From positions 1-57,761 of the forward strand of contig CAYWBT010000001.1 of assembly GCA_964456585.1 (NCBI GenBank): a DNA stretch of 57,761 nt. The letters run 5' to 3'. The position numbers and the translations under genes were made by a program. The stretch is from an uncultured bacterium (GTDB lineage Bacteria; Latescibacterota; Latescibacteria; Latescibacterales; Latescibacteraceae). The notes beneath the pieces are model-generated. The model did no database searches. It was not told the DNA's origin and saw only the letters and a list, made by a program, of their open reading frames with translations. Shown here one piece after another: positions 57,588-57,761 of the stretch. How positions within the stretch are numbered: position 1 is the first letter of the stretch; the number at the start of each line of letters is the position of its first letter.

Positions 57588-57761
57588 TTACTTTTGATCC
57601 AGCACCTGACGGACAGTTTCAGCAAGTTTTTCTTTGTTTATCGGTTTCATTACAAATGCCCGGATTCCTTTCGATTTTGCCTGTTCTTCAGTAATCCTTT
57701 CACTGAAACCGGTGTTGATGATAATCGGGATATCAGGCCTTATATGCAAGAGTTTCTCGGC
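57588..57761 (-). CDS. C-terminal end of a response-regulator receiver domain protein (partial, runs off the window)
   Basis: The minus-strand translation AEKLLHIRPDIPIIINTGFSERITEEQAKSKGIRAFVMKPINKEKLAETVRQVLDQK(stop) matches the alpha4-beta5-alpha5 part of REC domains (conserved T/S and K-P). Confidence 0.7.
   Translation of the reverse strand, partial: AEKLLHIRPDIPIIINTGFSERITEEQAKSKGIRAFVMKPINKEKLAETVRQVLDQK

Noticed and set aside
55208-57761. Search for an attR-type direct repeat of the tRNA-Ser 3' end
   Set aside because: I could see no convincing copy of the GTTCGAGTCTCTGGTCCTCCGCCA segment in the remaining sequence. Island boundaries therefore cannot be called from this window.

Overview
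This is a chromosomal window from a diderm bacterium. The marker combination suggests the FCB-type lineages: a T9SS/FlgD-Ig-type C-terminal sorting tail on a secreted protease, DUF4292 and DUF5916/CBM9-type outer-membrane proteins, and an atp operon lacking atpD/atpC. This placement is inference, not proof. Most of the window is densely packed housekeeping DNA: hisH, proC, ilvE, ftsK-lolA, an M23 peptidase-bactofilin pair, atpI-B-E-F-H-A-G, DUF1015, dnaG, an Omp85-family barrel, rtcB-archease, an envelope-glycan locus (GT2-CE4-GT2-GT9 plus a beta-helix lipoprotein and a CBM9/DUF5916 protein), an AmmeMemoRadiSam-type radical SAM enzyme, NusG-II/Gx transporter, a macro domain protein, a CCG-type Fe-S protein, TPR plus DUF4292 lipoproteins, rsmB, a PASTA protein, rpe and tRNA-Ser(UGA). 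Three visibly lower-GC accessory patches interrupt this backbone. (i) 6.2-9.15 kb starts with a decayed IS1380-like transposase 3' fragment and carries one orphan degenerate HD-GYP-like gene plus about 0.9 kb without ORFs. (ii) 11.4-19.5 kb starts with a second copy of the same transposase fragment. It carries a cluster of signal-peptide proteins (an RraA-like protein, three paralogous bicupin modules, an alpha/beta hydrolase), a DUF362 remnant and an orphan 593-aa protein. (iii) 55.2 kb to the window end follows tRNA-Ser and an integrase remnant, and encodes an unusual REC-STAS-zinc-ribbon-PilZ-like protein. The most unusual feature is in the ATP synthase operon. Between atpB and a canonical 85-aa c subunit lies a single ORF encoding three fused c-subunit hairpins (six predicted TM helices). 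Only the first hairpin keeps the ion-binding glutamate; the second has Gln and the third His at that position. This implies a hybrid, reduced-site c-ring. The canonical c subunit carries an E...ESTGIY motif resembling the two-carboxylate Na+ site. All functional calls come from reading motifs in the supplied translations; no database search was run.
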